Origin: an uncultured Desulfobacula sp.
GTDB lineage: Bacteria; Desulfobacterota; Desulfobacteria; Desulfobacterales; Desulfobacteraceae
Reading direction: 5' to 3'
DNA: 40,082 bases
Assembly: GCA_964646305.1 (NCBI GenBank)
Contig: CAZYDL010000001.1
Coordinates: 1-40,082 of the forward strand
In this document: positions 26,873 through 36,994 of the stretch, in pieces
How positions within the stretch are numbered: the first letter of the stretch is position 1
Layout of the letters: every line of letters begins with the position of its first letter
Made by a program: the position numbers and the translations under genes
Notes under the pieces: generated by a model
What the model was told of the DNA's origin: nothing
The model's database searches: none
The model's input: only the letters and a program-made list of their open reading frames with translations

Positions 26873-28333
26873 TTATTTGTCCTTTAAAGGCAACTCAATT
26901 ACTATTTCAGTACCTTTATTTGGCTGGGAATGGATTGACATTTTGCCCTGAAGCAGGTTAACCCTTTCTTTCATGCTGAAAAGACCCATTCGTTTTTCAT
27001 TAACCATCGAGCGTTCCCGTTCCTTTACATCAAATCCTTTACCATTATCTTTAATTCGAAGGATGACATTCGGGTGTGCTCCCACAAGTTTTATGGTTGC
27101 TTTGGAAGCAGCAGCATGTTTTTGAACATTGTTCAGCCCTTCTGTCACCAGGCGGTATAGAGTGATTCGAGTATCAGAATTAAGTGTTGACTCATTAATA
27201 CCAGCAACTTGAAAATCAACCATGATATCATTTTTTTCAGTAAACTCTTTACAGAATACTTTAAGGGAGTGGACAAGCCCCAGATACTCCAGATCGGGCG
27301 GCCTCAAATTATATGCCAGATCCCTGACCGTAGCAATGGTCTGATCTATGAGTTTGGACACATCTGCTGGTGAACCCTTGATGCCAGGTTCAGCGTAGGA
27401 TTGATCTTCAAAAAGCCTGTTACAATATAATTTCAATGTGGAAAGATCCTGGGCGATACTATCGTGCAATTCACAGGAAATCATCTGCCGTTCACGCTCT
27501 TGGGCCTGTATCAGCTTTTGCGAAAGGTCCTTCACAATATCAGACGCCTGCTTCTGCTTGGTGATGTCTCTCCAGGAAGATATGGAGTGTAGTATCTTTC
27601 CTGCTTTATTTTTTACTGCATTGACATTAAGGCTCACATAAATTTTGCTGCTGTCTTTTCTTTTTAAAATTAATTCTTTATTTCGGACAACACCTGTTTC
27701 AACAAATTGTTGAAATGTTTTTTTTACGTCATCCATACAATCGTCATGGTATAGTTTGAATATGGAAAAGCCGATAATTTCGTCTTTTGAATATCCAGTT
27801 TTTTTCAAAAGTGTTTCATTGCATAGCATGATACTGGCATCATCATGTAAAACCGAAACATACATGTCTGGAGAATTGTTGTATAAAACACGAAATTTTT
27901 CTTCACTTGCTCGTAATCTCTCCTCCATCAATTTACTTTCAGTGATTTCACGGGCAAGCCAAAGAACGCACTCAGAATTTTGAAAAATTATCTTTATGGA
28001 TCGACCGATAAACCACCTGTTGACTCCTTTAATATTAAGGACATATTCGTGTTGTTAAAACTTTTGGGTGGCCAATGTTTGATCAATTAGATCCTGAATC
28101 GGTTGTGCCTCTCTTTGGGGCATTACTTCGTGGATAGATTTGCCAAGCAGTTGGTTTACAGGCAAAATAAGTTTACTTGGATCACCAGTAAAAATGTCTT
28201 GATAGCGACCTTTGGCATCAAGAACAATCATTAAGTCAGGATTACTGTTCAATATAGACCTAAGTTCTTCTTTTGCCCGCCTGCACTCAGATGCAGATTG
28301 CTCTAATTTTTCATAACTTAGTTTTTCAGTCAT
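26873..28333 (-). pseudogene. PAS-PAS-HisKA_3 kinase interrupted by one in-frame TAA; the 3' ORF 26873-27931 may still be translated
   Basis: ORFs 28055-28333 and 26873-27931 are in frame; the gap reads QHEYVLNIKGVNRWFIGRSIK...WLAREITE and completes PAS1; ELHDSIAQ H-box. Confidence 0.75.
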
Positions 28334-28759
28334 TTGAAAATTTCCAAACTTTAAAATATATAAAGACTCTAAACACTTTAAAAATTTTTAAATAGAAGAA
28401 AAATTCATTTGTACCCAGATCAATTCAATAAAATTCAACATACAATATATATTGGTGCAAGACAAATTTAATTTGATATTTGCATCATTCTGCGTCAAAT
28501 GCCCAATTGAAATAAATTTTGAATTGGTTTGATATTCCAAAGGAATGTGGCAGTCCAATACCTGTTTACAGAGATAATCATCTTTGAGTCTTAAAATTTT
28601 TATTTAAAGGACATTGTTTGACACTACCATGGAATTATATTTTTTTGAAAATCTTATCTTTATTTAATGTTTTATCGAGATATTTTAGCTTTTATTTCAG
28701 GTGGTTATTATTTTTAATGCCGGATGATTGAAATTTTTTCTAAATTTCTTTTGCTCTAT

Positions 28760-28800
28760 ATACCATTTTGTGGTATGCATTAAGTGCTATTTTGTGGTAG
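28760..28800 (+). promoter_or_regulatory. Tandem palindromic operator candidate upstream of the nap operon
   Basis: TACCATTTTGTGGTA (28761) and TGCTATTTTGTGGTA (28785), 24 bp apart. Confidence 0.45.
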
Positions 28801-28848
28801 TAAGTATTTAGTTACAAGAAAACATGATCAATAGTTTATAAAGGAGTG

Positions 28849-29079
28849 ATGATGCCAATTTTCAGTTTCATAGCTTATCCTGAAAATAGTATGAAAGATC
28901 AACTGATAAAAGAATTATCCCTCATGCAATATTGTGAGGTGAAACCGTCTGACAACAATGAAGTATTGATTCTTCTGACTGATACACCCGATGAAGAAAC
29001 CAATAAGGATTTGATAAATCAAATCAAAGAGTTACCATCATTACAATCATTGAGCATGACCTTTGGACATACAGATTGA
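28849..29079 (+). CDS. napD: NapD-like chaperone
   Basis: ~76 aa, AAGGAG RBS, ferredoxin-like alpha/beta pattern ending I..LP.LQSLSMTFGH, directly upstream of napA. Confidence 0.6.
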   Translation: MMPIFSFIAYPENSMKDQLIKELSLMQYCEVKPSDNNEVLILLTDTPDEETNKDLINQIKELPSLQSLSMTFGHTD

Positions 29080-29192
29080 TAAAGATATAGTTATATGAAT
29101 TAATTTAATTTACAATTTTTTATGCTTTGCCACAGGTAAACAATGGAGAGAACCAGGCCTGCCGTGGCAGTTATTAACAAAAGGAGCGGTAT

Positions 29193-31508
29193 ATGACGAT
29201 TACCAGAAGACATTTTATCAGATCCATGGCCTTAAAGAGCGCAGCAGTGGCTGCGGCAACCATGTTTCCGGGAATCAGTTTCGCAGGCTGGAAACCAACA
29301 GATCTTCCTGCCGGTTCCATTCAATGGAACAAAACGCCATGTCGATTCTGCGGGACTGGATGCGGGCTTCTTGTGGGTGTATCAGGTGACAGGGCAGTCG
29401 CTGTGAAGGGTGATCCCAAGTGTTCTGTCAACAAGGGTCTGTGTTGTGTAAAGGGATATCATTCCGTACAGATTCTCTATGGAAAAGACAGATTTAAAAC
29501 CGCCTATGTAAGAAAAAATGGAAAACTGGTTGCAACGCCCATTGAAAAAGCGCTGGATCTTGTGGCAGCAAAGATGAAAGAATCCATAAAAGAAAAAGGC
29601 AAAAATGCAGTGTCCATGTATGGATCAGGGCAGTGGTCAATTCCAGACGGGTATGTTTCTTCAAAACTTTTCAAGGGATGTATAGGAACCAATAATGTAG
29701 AGGCCAATGCCAGATTGTGCATGGCAAGTGCTGTTACTGGATGCCTGACCACTTTTGGTCTTGACGAACCCATGGGATGTTATGAAGACATTGATAATGC
29801 AGACGTTTTTATAACATGGGGAAACAATATGGCGGAAATGCATCCTGTCCTATTTTCCAGAATACTTGCCAATAGAAAATCAAAAACCCATGTTAAAATC
29901 ATTGATTTAACAACCCGCTCAACCCGTTCCAGCCAGGCTGCTGATAAATCATTTATATTCAATCCCCAGTCTGACCTTGCCCTTGCCAATGCCATCTGTT
30001 ACGAAATTATAAAAAACGGCTGGGTAAATGAGGATTTTGTTTCCAAGCATGTATCCTTTCATAAAGGAAAAACCAATATTGGCTATGGAACCCAGGATCA
30101 TTTTAAGTTTAAAGATAAAGCTGAAACTGTAAATTTTGAAGCCTTAAAAACCTTTCTTGAAGATTATACGCCGGAACTTGCTGAAAAAATTTGTGGTGTA
30201 TCAGCTAAAAATATTAAATATCTTGCTGCTCTTTACGGTGACCCTCAAAAAAAAGTAACCTCTTTCTGGACCATGGGAATGAACCAGCATACCAGAGGTA
30301 CCTGGATCAATAATCTGGTCTATAATATTCATCTTCTCACAGGCAAAATTTCAACCCCTGGCAACAGTCCGTTTTCTTTGACAGGTCAGCCAAGTGCCTG
30401 TGGTACGGTAAGAGAAGTAGGCACCCTGACACATAAACTCCCCCATGGAGTTGTAATGCAAGAGAGTGCCCGGAAAATGGCTGCTAAAATCTGGGGAGTC
30501 CCGGAAAGCAATATTGATCCTAAACCTACCTATCATACCGTTGAAATGTTCAGAGCTCTTGATCGGGGTGAGATTAATTTTATGTGGATTCAGGTTACCA
30601 ACCCAATGGTGACAATGCCCAACCTTAGACGTTATCGTGATGGTGTAAAAAAAGATGGCCGTTTCATTGTTGTTTCGGAAATTTATCCAACCCCCACATC
30701 AGATATCGCAGATGTAATTTTACCATCTGCCCTGTGGGTGGAAAGAGAAGGCTTTTTCGGCAATTCAGAAAGACGCACCCAGCATAATGCGCAATTGGTT
30801 CCAAAACCAGGTGAAGCCATGTGTAATACCTGGCAGATCATTCAGGTGGCAAGACGTCTTGGTTTTGAAAAGCAGTTCCCATGGAGCCAGGAAACATATA
30901 TCGAGAAAATCTGGAATGAGTATATCCAGTTTCATGATACGCCAAAACATCGTATGGCTCCATATAAAGAATTGACAACACGTTCCGGGGTCCAATGGCC
31001 GTTTGTTGACGGCAAAGAGACCCGCTGGCGATATAATGGCAAATATGATCCAGCCTGCCAGGATGATACCTTTGATTTTTATGGTAAACCTGACCATAGA
31101 GCATGGGTGTGGCTGCGCCCCTATGAGCCTGCAGCAGAATCTCCAGACAAAGAATATCCATTCTGGCTTAATACAGGTAGAGTGCTGGAACACTGGCATA
31201 CAGGCTCCATGACCCGCAGAATTCCAATTCTTCATAAAGCAATGCCTGAATCTTATGTGGAAATCAATCCAAAGGATGCCATGTCTCTCGGAGTTGTTGA
31301 AGGCAGTAAAGTTAAAATATCCTCAAGAAGAGGTTCCCTGATCATGAAGGCCAGTATTAACGGTCGCGGGAATCCACCCACTGGAATGGTGTTTGTGCCA
31401 TTCTTTGATGAAAGCCTGCTGATAAATGAGGTAACTTTGGATGCTTTTTGTCCCATATCCAAACAGCCGGATTATAAAAAATGTGCAGTAAAACTGGAGA
31501 AAGTCTGA
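29193..31508 (+). CDS. napA: Periplasmic nitrate reductase catalytic subunit
   Basis: Tat signal TRRHFI; PCRFCGTGC; GSGQW; NARLCMASA; WGNNMAEMHP; SLTGQPSACGT; SKQPDYKKCAV. Confidence 0.95.
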   Translation: MTITRRHFIRSMALKSAAVAAATMFPGISFAGWKPTDLPAGSIQWNKTPCRFCGTGCGLLVGVSGDRAVAVKGDPKCSVNKGLCCVKGYHSVQILYGKDRFKTAYVRKNGKLVATPIEKALDLVAAKMKESIKEKGKNAVSMYGSGQWSIPDGYVSSKLFKGCIGTNNVEANARLCMASAVTGCLTTFGLDEPMGCYEDIDNADVFITWGNNMAEMHPVLFSRILANRKSKTHVKIIDLTTRSTRSSQAADKSFIFNPQSDLALANAICYEIIKNGWVNEDFVSKHVSFHKGKTNIGYGTQDHFKFKDKAETVNFEALKTFLEDYTPELAEKICGVSAKNIKYLAALYGDPQKKVTSFWTMGMNQHTRGTWINNLVYNIHLLTGKISTPGNSPFSLTGQPSACGTVREVGTLTHKLPHGVVMQESARKMAAKIWGVPESNIDPKPTYHTVEMFRALDRGEINFMWIQVTNPMVTMPNLRRYRDGVKKDGRFIVVSEIYPTPTSDIADVILPSALWVEREGFFGNSERRTQHNAQLVPKPGEAMCNTWQIIQVARRLGFEKQFPWSQETYIEKIWNEYIQFHDTPKHRMAPYKELTTRSGVQWPFVDGKETRWRYNGKYDPACQDDTFDFYGKPDHRAWVWLRPYEPAAESPDKEYPFWLNTGRVLEHWHTGSMTRRIPILHKAMPESYVEINPKDAMSLGVVEGSKVKISSRRGSLIMKASINGRGNPPTGMVFVPFFDESLLINEVTLDAFCPISKQPDYKKCAVKLEKV

Positions 31509-32233
31509 TGGGAAAACCAGAAAATAAAGCAGATCACAATTTAGATCCCGGATCAGATATTAAATCAAAGAAAAAATTGGGGAAAATATTTCTCTTTTTT
31601 GCTTTAATTGGTGTCATTGCATTGCCAATCATTATTTTCCAGGCTTTTTCTGTTAAGACAGAAGAGGTTATGGCAAAGATGAACGCTGCTCCGATTTCTG
31701 ATTTTGACCATAATGCCAAACAGCTTTTTAATGTGTATGACAGTACAACATTCTCTTATATGGAGGGGACTTCTACATCCCGCACTCTCAATTATTATTA
31801 TTCTTTACGTCAATATCCTGGCTCTCCACCTTTTCTGCCCCATGATCTTGTGGATGAAAAAGGTGTTGAACTTGAATGCCTCTCATGCCATGAGCGGGGT
31901 GGATTTGTACAGGCCATGAACAAATTCACACCGGTGACACCCCATCCCCAGCATACCTATTGCGGGCAGTGCCATTTAAAGGAAGTTACCGAAACACTTT
32001 TTAAGGATAATGAGTGGGTCAGTGTTCAGCCGCCCGTTCTTGGGAGATCGGCTCTGGCAGGATCACCCCCGCCCATTGCGCATCCGCTTCAAATGAGAGA
32101 AAATTGTATTGCATGCCATGTGGGGCCCGGCACTGTGGTTCCCATAAGAGTGGAACATCCCATGAGGGGTAATTGCAGGCAGTGCCATGTGCCAGAACAG
32201 GTAAAAGAACTGTTTACCAGAAATCCAAAGTGA
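31508..32233 (+). CDS. Membrane-anchored tetraheme cytochrome c with duplicated NapB-like modules
   Basis: TGATG overlap with napA; one TM helix; GSPPFLPH..CLSCH..CGQCH then GSPPPIAH..CIACH..CRQCHVP. Confidence 0.8.
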   Translation: MGKPENKADHNLDPGSDIKSKKKLGKIFLFFALIGVIALPIIIFQAFSVKTEEVMAKMNAAPISDFDHNAKQLFNVYDSTTFSYMEGTSTSRTLNYYYSLRQYPGSPPFLPHDLVDEKGVELECLSCHERGGFVQAMNKFTPVTPHPQHTYCGQCHLKEVTETLFKDNEWVSVQPPVLGRSALAGSPPPIAHPLQMRENCIACHVGPGTVVPIRVEHPMRGNCRQCHVPEQVKELFTRNPK

Positions 32234-32253
32234 TGAATAAAAGAAGGAGTGGC

Positions 32254-32889
32254 ATGAAAAATCCAATAATTAAAAAATACCTTTTTTATATTATGCTGTT
32301 TTGTATTCTTCCAGGATTTTTCGCTGTTTTTTCAGCAGTGGCAGTCTTGTCAAGTGAGCAGGGTGTGGCATCTAGAGTTAAAAAAAGCACAATAAAAATT
32401 AATAATACAAAACAGGTTGAAGCCAGCATACCAAGGTTAAAAAACAGTATTAAGGTAATGGTGGAATATCAGGGTGGAACATTTTTCACCGAGGCACGAA
32501 AGAGTGAAATAAAACGTTTTAAATGCAGCTCTTGCCACAATGGTCAAAAAGTTACTATACAGAATGCTGTTGATATATCCCACGCCGATATCAGGATCGT
32601 TCACGGGGATAAAGATAACCTTTTAACCTGCAACACCTGTCACAATCCAGATGACAGGGATTTTCTCATATCAAGCAAGGCGGATAAAATTGATATGGAT
32701 CATGCCTATGATATGTGCGGCCAGTGCCACTTCCGGCAAAAAAAAGACTGGATAGGTGGTGCCCATGGCAAACGTGTTACTTACTGGGCAGGCGAGAGGG
32801 TGGTAAAAAATTGCACATCCTGCCATGATCCGCATTCGCCAAAGTTTGAAAAAAAATGGCCTGAAACATATTCTGTTCCGCTAAAATAG
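32254..32889 (+). CDS. Membrane-anchored or exported tetraheme cytochrome c
   Basis: AGGAG RBS; hydrophobic N-terminus; CSSCH, CNTCH, CGQCH, CTSCHDPHSP. Confidence 0.85.
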   Translation: MKNPIIKKYLFYIMLFCILPGFFAVFSAVAVLSSEQGVASRVKKSTIKINNTKQVEASIPRLKNSIKVMVEYQGGTFFTEARKSEIKRFKCSSCHNGQKVTIQNAVDISHADIRIVHGDKDNLLTCNTCHNPDDRDFLISSKADKIDMDHAYDMCGQCHFRQKKDWIGGAHGKRVTYWAGERVVKNCTSCHDPHSPKFEKKWPETYSVPLK

Positions 32890-32902
32890 ATAGGATAATC
32901 TT

Positions 32903-33835
32903 ATGGATTCTGATAAAAAGAAAAAAATAAATCGCAGAACCTTTCTCAAAGGAGCAGCATCTGTGGCCATTGCCGGCAGTGCCACAGCAACCATAGGCTG
33001 CAAGGGCAAAGGACTTTTAGATAGCACCGAAGCCTTTGCACTTGAATTTCAGGAATATTTTAAAAAACACTACCGTCTGATGACAAAAAGCGAGAGGGCC
33101 AAGACTGTTGCCCGCCTGGAAAAACTTGCTAAGATCAGACAAAATTCCAATATAAATATCGATACAACAGAACCTGCACAAAATGTATTATACGGATATG
33201 CATTCAATGTTACCCGGTGTGAAGGATTCATGGAGTGTGTACAGGCATGTGTCAAAGAAAATAATCTGGATCGCAAATCCAATACCCAGTATATCCGAAT
33301 TTTTGAGATGGAGAATGGTCAGATGTCTCCGGATCAGGGCGATGGCAAATATTTCCACATGGTTCCAAAGGAAGGACATTTTTACATGGGAGTGCAGTGT
33401 TTTCAATGCGAAAACCCGCCCTGTGTAAAGGCGTGCCCTACTAAAGCTACCTGGCAGGAGCCAGATGGCATTGTGGTTATTGATTATGACTGGTGCATTG
33501 GATGCAGGTATTGCATGGCAGCATGCCCTTACTGGGGGCGAAGGTTTAATTGGAACCAACCTGCAGTGCCGGAAGAGGAAATGAATAAAGAGCAGCACTA
33601 TCTGGGCAACCGGAAACGGGTGAGAGGCATGATGGAAAAATGTACCTTCTGTATCCAGAGAAGTCGAAAAGGAAAACTCACAGCCTGTGCTGAGGCCTGT
33701 CCAACCGGTGCCAGAGTATTTGGCAATCTTTTAGACCCGGACAGTGAAATCAGATTTGTATTGGAAAACAAAAAAGTTTACAGGCTTAAAGAAGACCTTG
33801 GGACAGATCCCAAGTTCTGGTATTTTATTGATTAA
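32903..33835 (+). CDS. NrfC/DsrO/QrcC-family Tat-exported Fe-S protein
   Basis: NRRTFLK; CEGFMECVQAC, CFQCENPPCVKACP, CIGCRYCMAACPY, KCTFC...ACAEACP. Confidence 0.9.
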   Translation: MDSDKKKKINRRTFLKGAASVAIAGSATATIGCKGKGLLDSTEAFALEFQEYFKKHYRLMTKSERAKTVARLEKLAKIRQNSNINIDTTEPAQNVLYGYAFNVTRCEGFMECVQACVKENNLDRKSNTQYIRIFEMENGQMSPDQGDGKYFHMVPKEGHFYMGVQCFQCENPPCVKACPTKATWQEPDGIVVIDYDWCIGCRYCMAACPYWGRRFNWNQPAVPEEEMNKEQHYLGNRKRVRGMMEKCTFCIQRSRKGKLTACAEACPTGARVFGNLLDPDSEIRFVLENKKVYRLKEDLGTDPKFWYFID

Positions 33836-33945
33836 TCACTGCCACAGACAGATTTGGTCTCCAACCCTTATCTGCCAGCAACAAGACATGAAAGTCGTTG
33901 ATAAATCTGCAATGACTTTCATATAAGAGCTTTAAGGATGATAAT

Positions 33946-35175
33946 ATGAATGAAAAGCAGTCACAAAAAGGATTTTTCACCTTTACCAGGCAAGCTATAA
34001 TGTGGAATCTGTCAGGCTCAGTAGGATACCAGCTGTTTCTTGGTCTCCTGATGTGCTTTATGCTGGTAGGTGTTTATGGCTATGTTATACAATTTAGATC
34101 AGGTCTTGCTGCAACCAATATGTCTAATATAGTTTCCTGGGGCTTTTATATCTCCAACTTTACATTTCTTGTGGGCGTGGCTGCTGCTGCAATAATGCTT
34201 ATTCTGCCGGCCTATATTTTTAATGACAAAGATCTTCACAAGGTGGTCATCATTGGTGAAGGCGTGGCTGTAGGCGCTATTGTCATGTGCATGCTCTTTG
34301 TATTTGTTGACCTTGGAAGACCATTACAGTTCTGGCATCTTGCCCCTGTTATTGGCCAGCTCAATTTCCCAAGCTCCATACTGGCATGGGATATTATTGT
34401 ACTAAACGGCTATCTGGCGCTTAATGCATTAGTTCCTGCATATATAATGTATTGCCGCTTTAATTTTAAGGAACCAAAGGGGAAATATTATAAACCCTTT
34501 GTATTTCTTTCCATTGGCTGGGCAGTGGCTATTCACATGGTTACAGCATTCCTATACCAGGGGCTTCCGGCAAGACCTTTCTGGAATAATCCACTCTTGG
34601 GACCCAGATTCCTGGCATCTGCTTTTGCTGCGGGACCTGCTCTTATTTCCGTGGTACTCCATATTATAAACTCAGCCACAGATTATAAGATTGATAATAA
34701 AATTTTTAATAAACTGAGGATTATTATTGTATCAGCAGCTATTATTAACCTTATCATGCTTTTTTCAGAAATTTTTAAGGAATTTTACTTCCCCACCCAT
34801 CACAGTCTTTCCGCAATATATCTTTTTTTCGGACTTGAGGGTCATAACTCCCTTGTACCATGGATTTGGACAGCGATTGCCTTAAATGTCACAGGAACTT
34901 TGATTCTTGCTGTGAATCCATTTAAAAAGAGACCAATTTTCTTATTGCCTGCACTGATTCTTTTAATTGTAGGAATCTGGATAGAAAAGGGCATTGGATT
35001 AATTGTACCGGGTCTTGTTCCCTCTCCCATGGGTGAGATCATCGACTATGCCCCCAGTAATATTGAGCTGATGATTACCTGTGGTGTTATCAGTGTGGGT
35101 ATCTTTATAGTGACAATGCTGATAAAGCCGGCCCTGATTATTGAAAAAAGATATGAACAACCGGACAAACTATAA
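33946..35175 (+). CDS. NrfD/PsrC/DsrP-family quinol-interacting membrane protein
   Basis: SWGFYISNFTFLVGVAAA, VDLGRP, SILAWD, AIHMVTAFL, PRFLASAF; ~10 TM helices. Confidence 0.9.
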   Translation: MNEKQSQKGFFTFTRQAIMWNLSGSVGYQLFLGLLMCFMLVGVYGYVIQFRSGLAATNMSNIVSWGFYISNFTFLVGVAAAAIMLILPAYIFNDKDLHKVVIIGEGVAVGAIVMCMLFVFVDLGRPLQFWHLAPVIGQLNFPSSILAWDIIVLNGYLALNALVPAYIMYCRFNFKEPKGKYYKPFVFLSIGWAVAIHMVTAFLYQGLPARPFWNNPLLGPRFLASAFAAGPALISVVLHIINSATDYKIDNKIFNKLRIIIVSAAIINLIMLFSEIFKEFYFPTHHSLSAIYLFFGLEGHNSLVPWIWTAIALNVTGTLILAVNPFKKRPIFLLPALILLIVGIWIEKGIGLIVPGLVPSPMGEIIDYAPSNIELMITCGVISVGIFIVTMLIKPALIIEKRYEQPDKL

Positions 35176-35780
35176 TGAAAGATTTTGATACTCTTTTAAA
35201 AGGATCTGCAAAAACCCACGGGCACCTATGCCCTGGCCAGGTCATTGGGGTACGCATGGCAATGCTTGGCTGTGAGCTTATTGGACTTGATGATCCGAGT
35301 AATATGCCCCAGATAAAAAAAATAATAGTTTATGTTGAAATTGATCGCTGTGCCACAGATGCAATATCCTATGTAACAGGTGTAAAATTGGGAAGACGAT
35401 CTCTTAAATTTATAGATAACGGAATAATGGCAGCCACTTTTGTCAACCTTGAAACTAAAAAAGCATTTAGGATTCTCTCCACAGAAGAGTCAAGAGATCT
35501 TGCCTTAAAATATGCGGCCATACACTTTCCAGAGCTACAGGATCCGCATCAGCAACAGCTTGAAGCATATAAAAAAATGGATGTTGAAGATTTGTTTACG
35601 ATTGAAGAAGTTGTTGTTGACATCCCTTTATGTGACATGCCAGGCCCTTCAACATTTAAAGCAGAGTGCCAAAACTGTGGTATTATTGTAAGGGATAAAC
35701 GCGAAGTATTAAAAAACTCTAAAATACTTTGCAAAGCCTGTGCCTTTGGTTCCTATTATCATCACAAAAAAAAGGAATAA
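35175..35780 (+). CDS. FmdE/FwdE-family protein with a C-terminal zinc ribbon
   Basis: HGHLCPGQVIGVRM, VEIDRCATDA, CQNC...CKAC; TAATG overlap with the nrfD-like gene. Confidence 0.88.
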   Translation: MKDFDTLLKGSAKTHGHLCPGQVIGVRMAMLGCELIGLDDPSNMPQIKKIIVYVEIDRCATDAISYVTGVKLGRRSLKFIDNGIMAATFVNLETKKAFRILSTEESRDLALKYAAIHFPELQDPHQQQLEAYKKMDVEDLFTIEEVVVDIPLCDMPGPSTFKAECQNCGIIVRDKREVLKNSKILCKACAFGSYYHHKKKE

Positions 35781-35783
35781 ATA

Positions 35784-36851
35784 ATGTATCAGCCCGACAC
35801 TATGTTTGAATCAAATTCTTCCATGAAAAAAATTGCCGTTGAAGATGCTCTGGGTGCAACGCTTGCCCATGATATGACACAAATCATCCCGGGTAAATAC
35901 AAAGGTGCTGCCTTTAAAAGGGGTGATATTATTAAAAAAGAAAATCTTTGTCAGTTAATGCGCATGGGAAAACGCCATCTTTATGTGTTAGACTTAAACG
36001 ATAATCAAGTCCATGAAGATGATGCTGTTATCGAACTTGCCTCAGCTCTGGCAGGACCAGGCATTACTTTTTCCGGTAGCCCTAGGGAAGGCAAATTACA
36101 ATTAAAGGCAGATTATAATGGGCTGTTCAAGGTAAATGTTGATGCGCTTGTTGATTTTAACATGATAGAAGATGTAATGTGCGCATCAAGACACAACAAT
36201 ACTGCTGTGGAAAAGAACAACCAACTTGCTGCCACAAGGGCAATACCTCTGGTCATTAAAAGAGATGAACTTGACAAGGCTGTTGCAATTGCAAAAAAAC
36301 ATTATCCAATATTTTCAGTCAAGATATTTAATCCTTTAAAGGTTCGCCTGATAATCACAGGCAATGAAGTATATGAAGGACTTATTAAAGACAGATTTAA
36401 AGCCATTGTTAAAAGAAAAATAGAGCACTTCGGAGCTGTTCTCAAGGAAACCATTATTCTGCCTGATGATTTCAGACAGATTGCCAGCACCATTGATTCT
36501 TTTCTCAAAAAAGATACAGATCTTATCCTGACAACAGGAGGAATGTCTGTGGACCCTGATGATGTCACAAAAACTGGTATTCAAGAGGCAGGCTTTGATA
36601 AAATATATTACTCTTCTGCAGTACTTCCAGGAGCCATGTTTTTATTGGGCTATAAAAAAGATATTGCAGTAATGGGGCTTCCTGCCTGCGGTCTCTATCA
36701 TGATATTACAATTTTTGACCTTATGCTGCCAAGGATCCTTGCTGGAGAAAAACCTGACAGACGGGATCTTGCAAAACTTGGTCATGGAGGCCTGTGCCTT
36801 AATTGCAAAACATGCACCTTCCCGGCATGCTCTTTTGGCAAAACCTGCTGA
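35784..36851 (+). CDS. MoeA-like molybdopterin-binding protein with a C-terminal Cys motif
   Basis: LAHDMTQI, TGNEV..G.I.D.F, TGGMSVDPDDVT, LPGAMFL, GLPAC, GGLCLNCKTCTFPACSFG. Confidence 0.85.
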   Translation: MYQPDTMFESNSSMKKIAVEDALGATLAHDMTQIIPGKYKGAAFKRGDIIKKENLCQLMRMGKRHLYVLDLNDNQVHEDDAVIELASALAGPGITFSGSPREGKLQLKADYNGLFKVNVDALVDFNMIEDVMCASRHNNTAVEKNNQLAATRAIPLVIKRDELDKAVAIAKKHYPIFSVKIFNPLKVRLIITGNEVYEGLIKDRFKAIVKRKIEHFGAVLKETIILPDDFRQIASTIDSFLKKDTDLILTTGGMSVDPDDVTKTGIQEAGFDKIYYSSAVLPGAMFLLGYKKDIAVMGLPACGLYHDITIFDLMLPRILAGEKPDRRDLAKLGHGGLCLNCKTCTFPACSFGKTC

Positions 36852-36994
36852 ATCTATATTGCTTTTTTAGCACACATTGTTTAATCGGAAATAAATCTTT
36901 TTTTCTATGAAAACCTGCCGCAAAAATCATTTATTCATGGGAAAAAACCCAGTAAATAATTTTATAATAAATATCAAATTCCCAAATCTAATTC

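Noticed and set aside
29080-29192. Moco riboswitch between napD and napA
   Set aside because: Only a short TGCCAC/GTGGCA pairing is visible; the motif cannot be supported without an Rfam search
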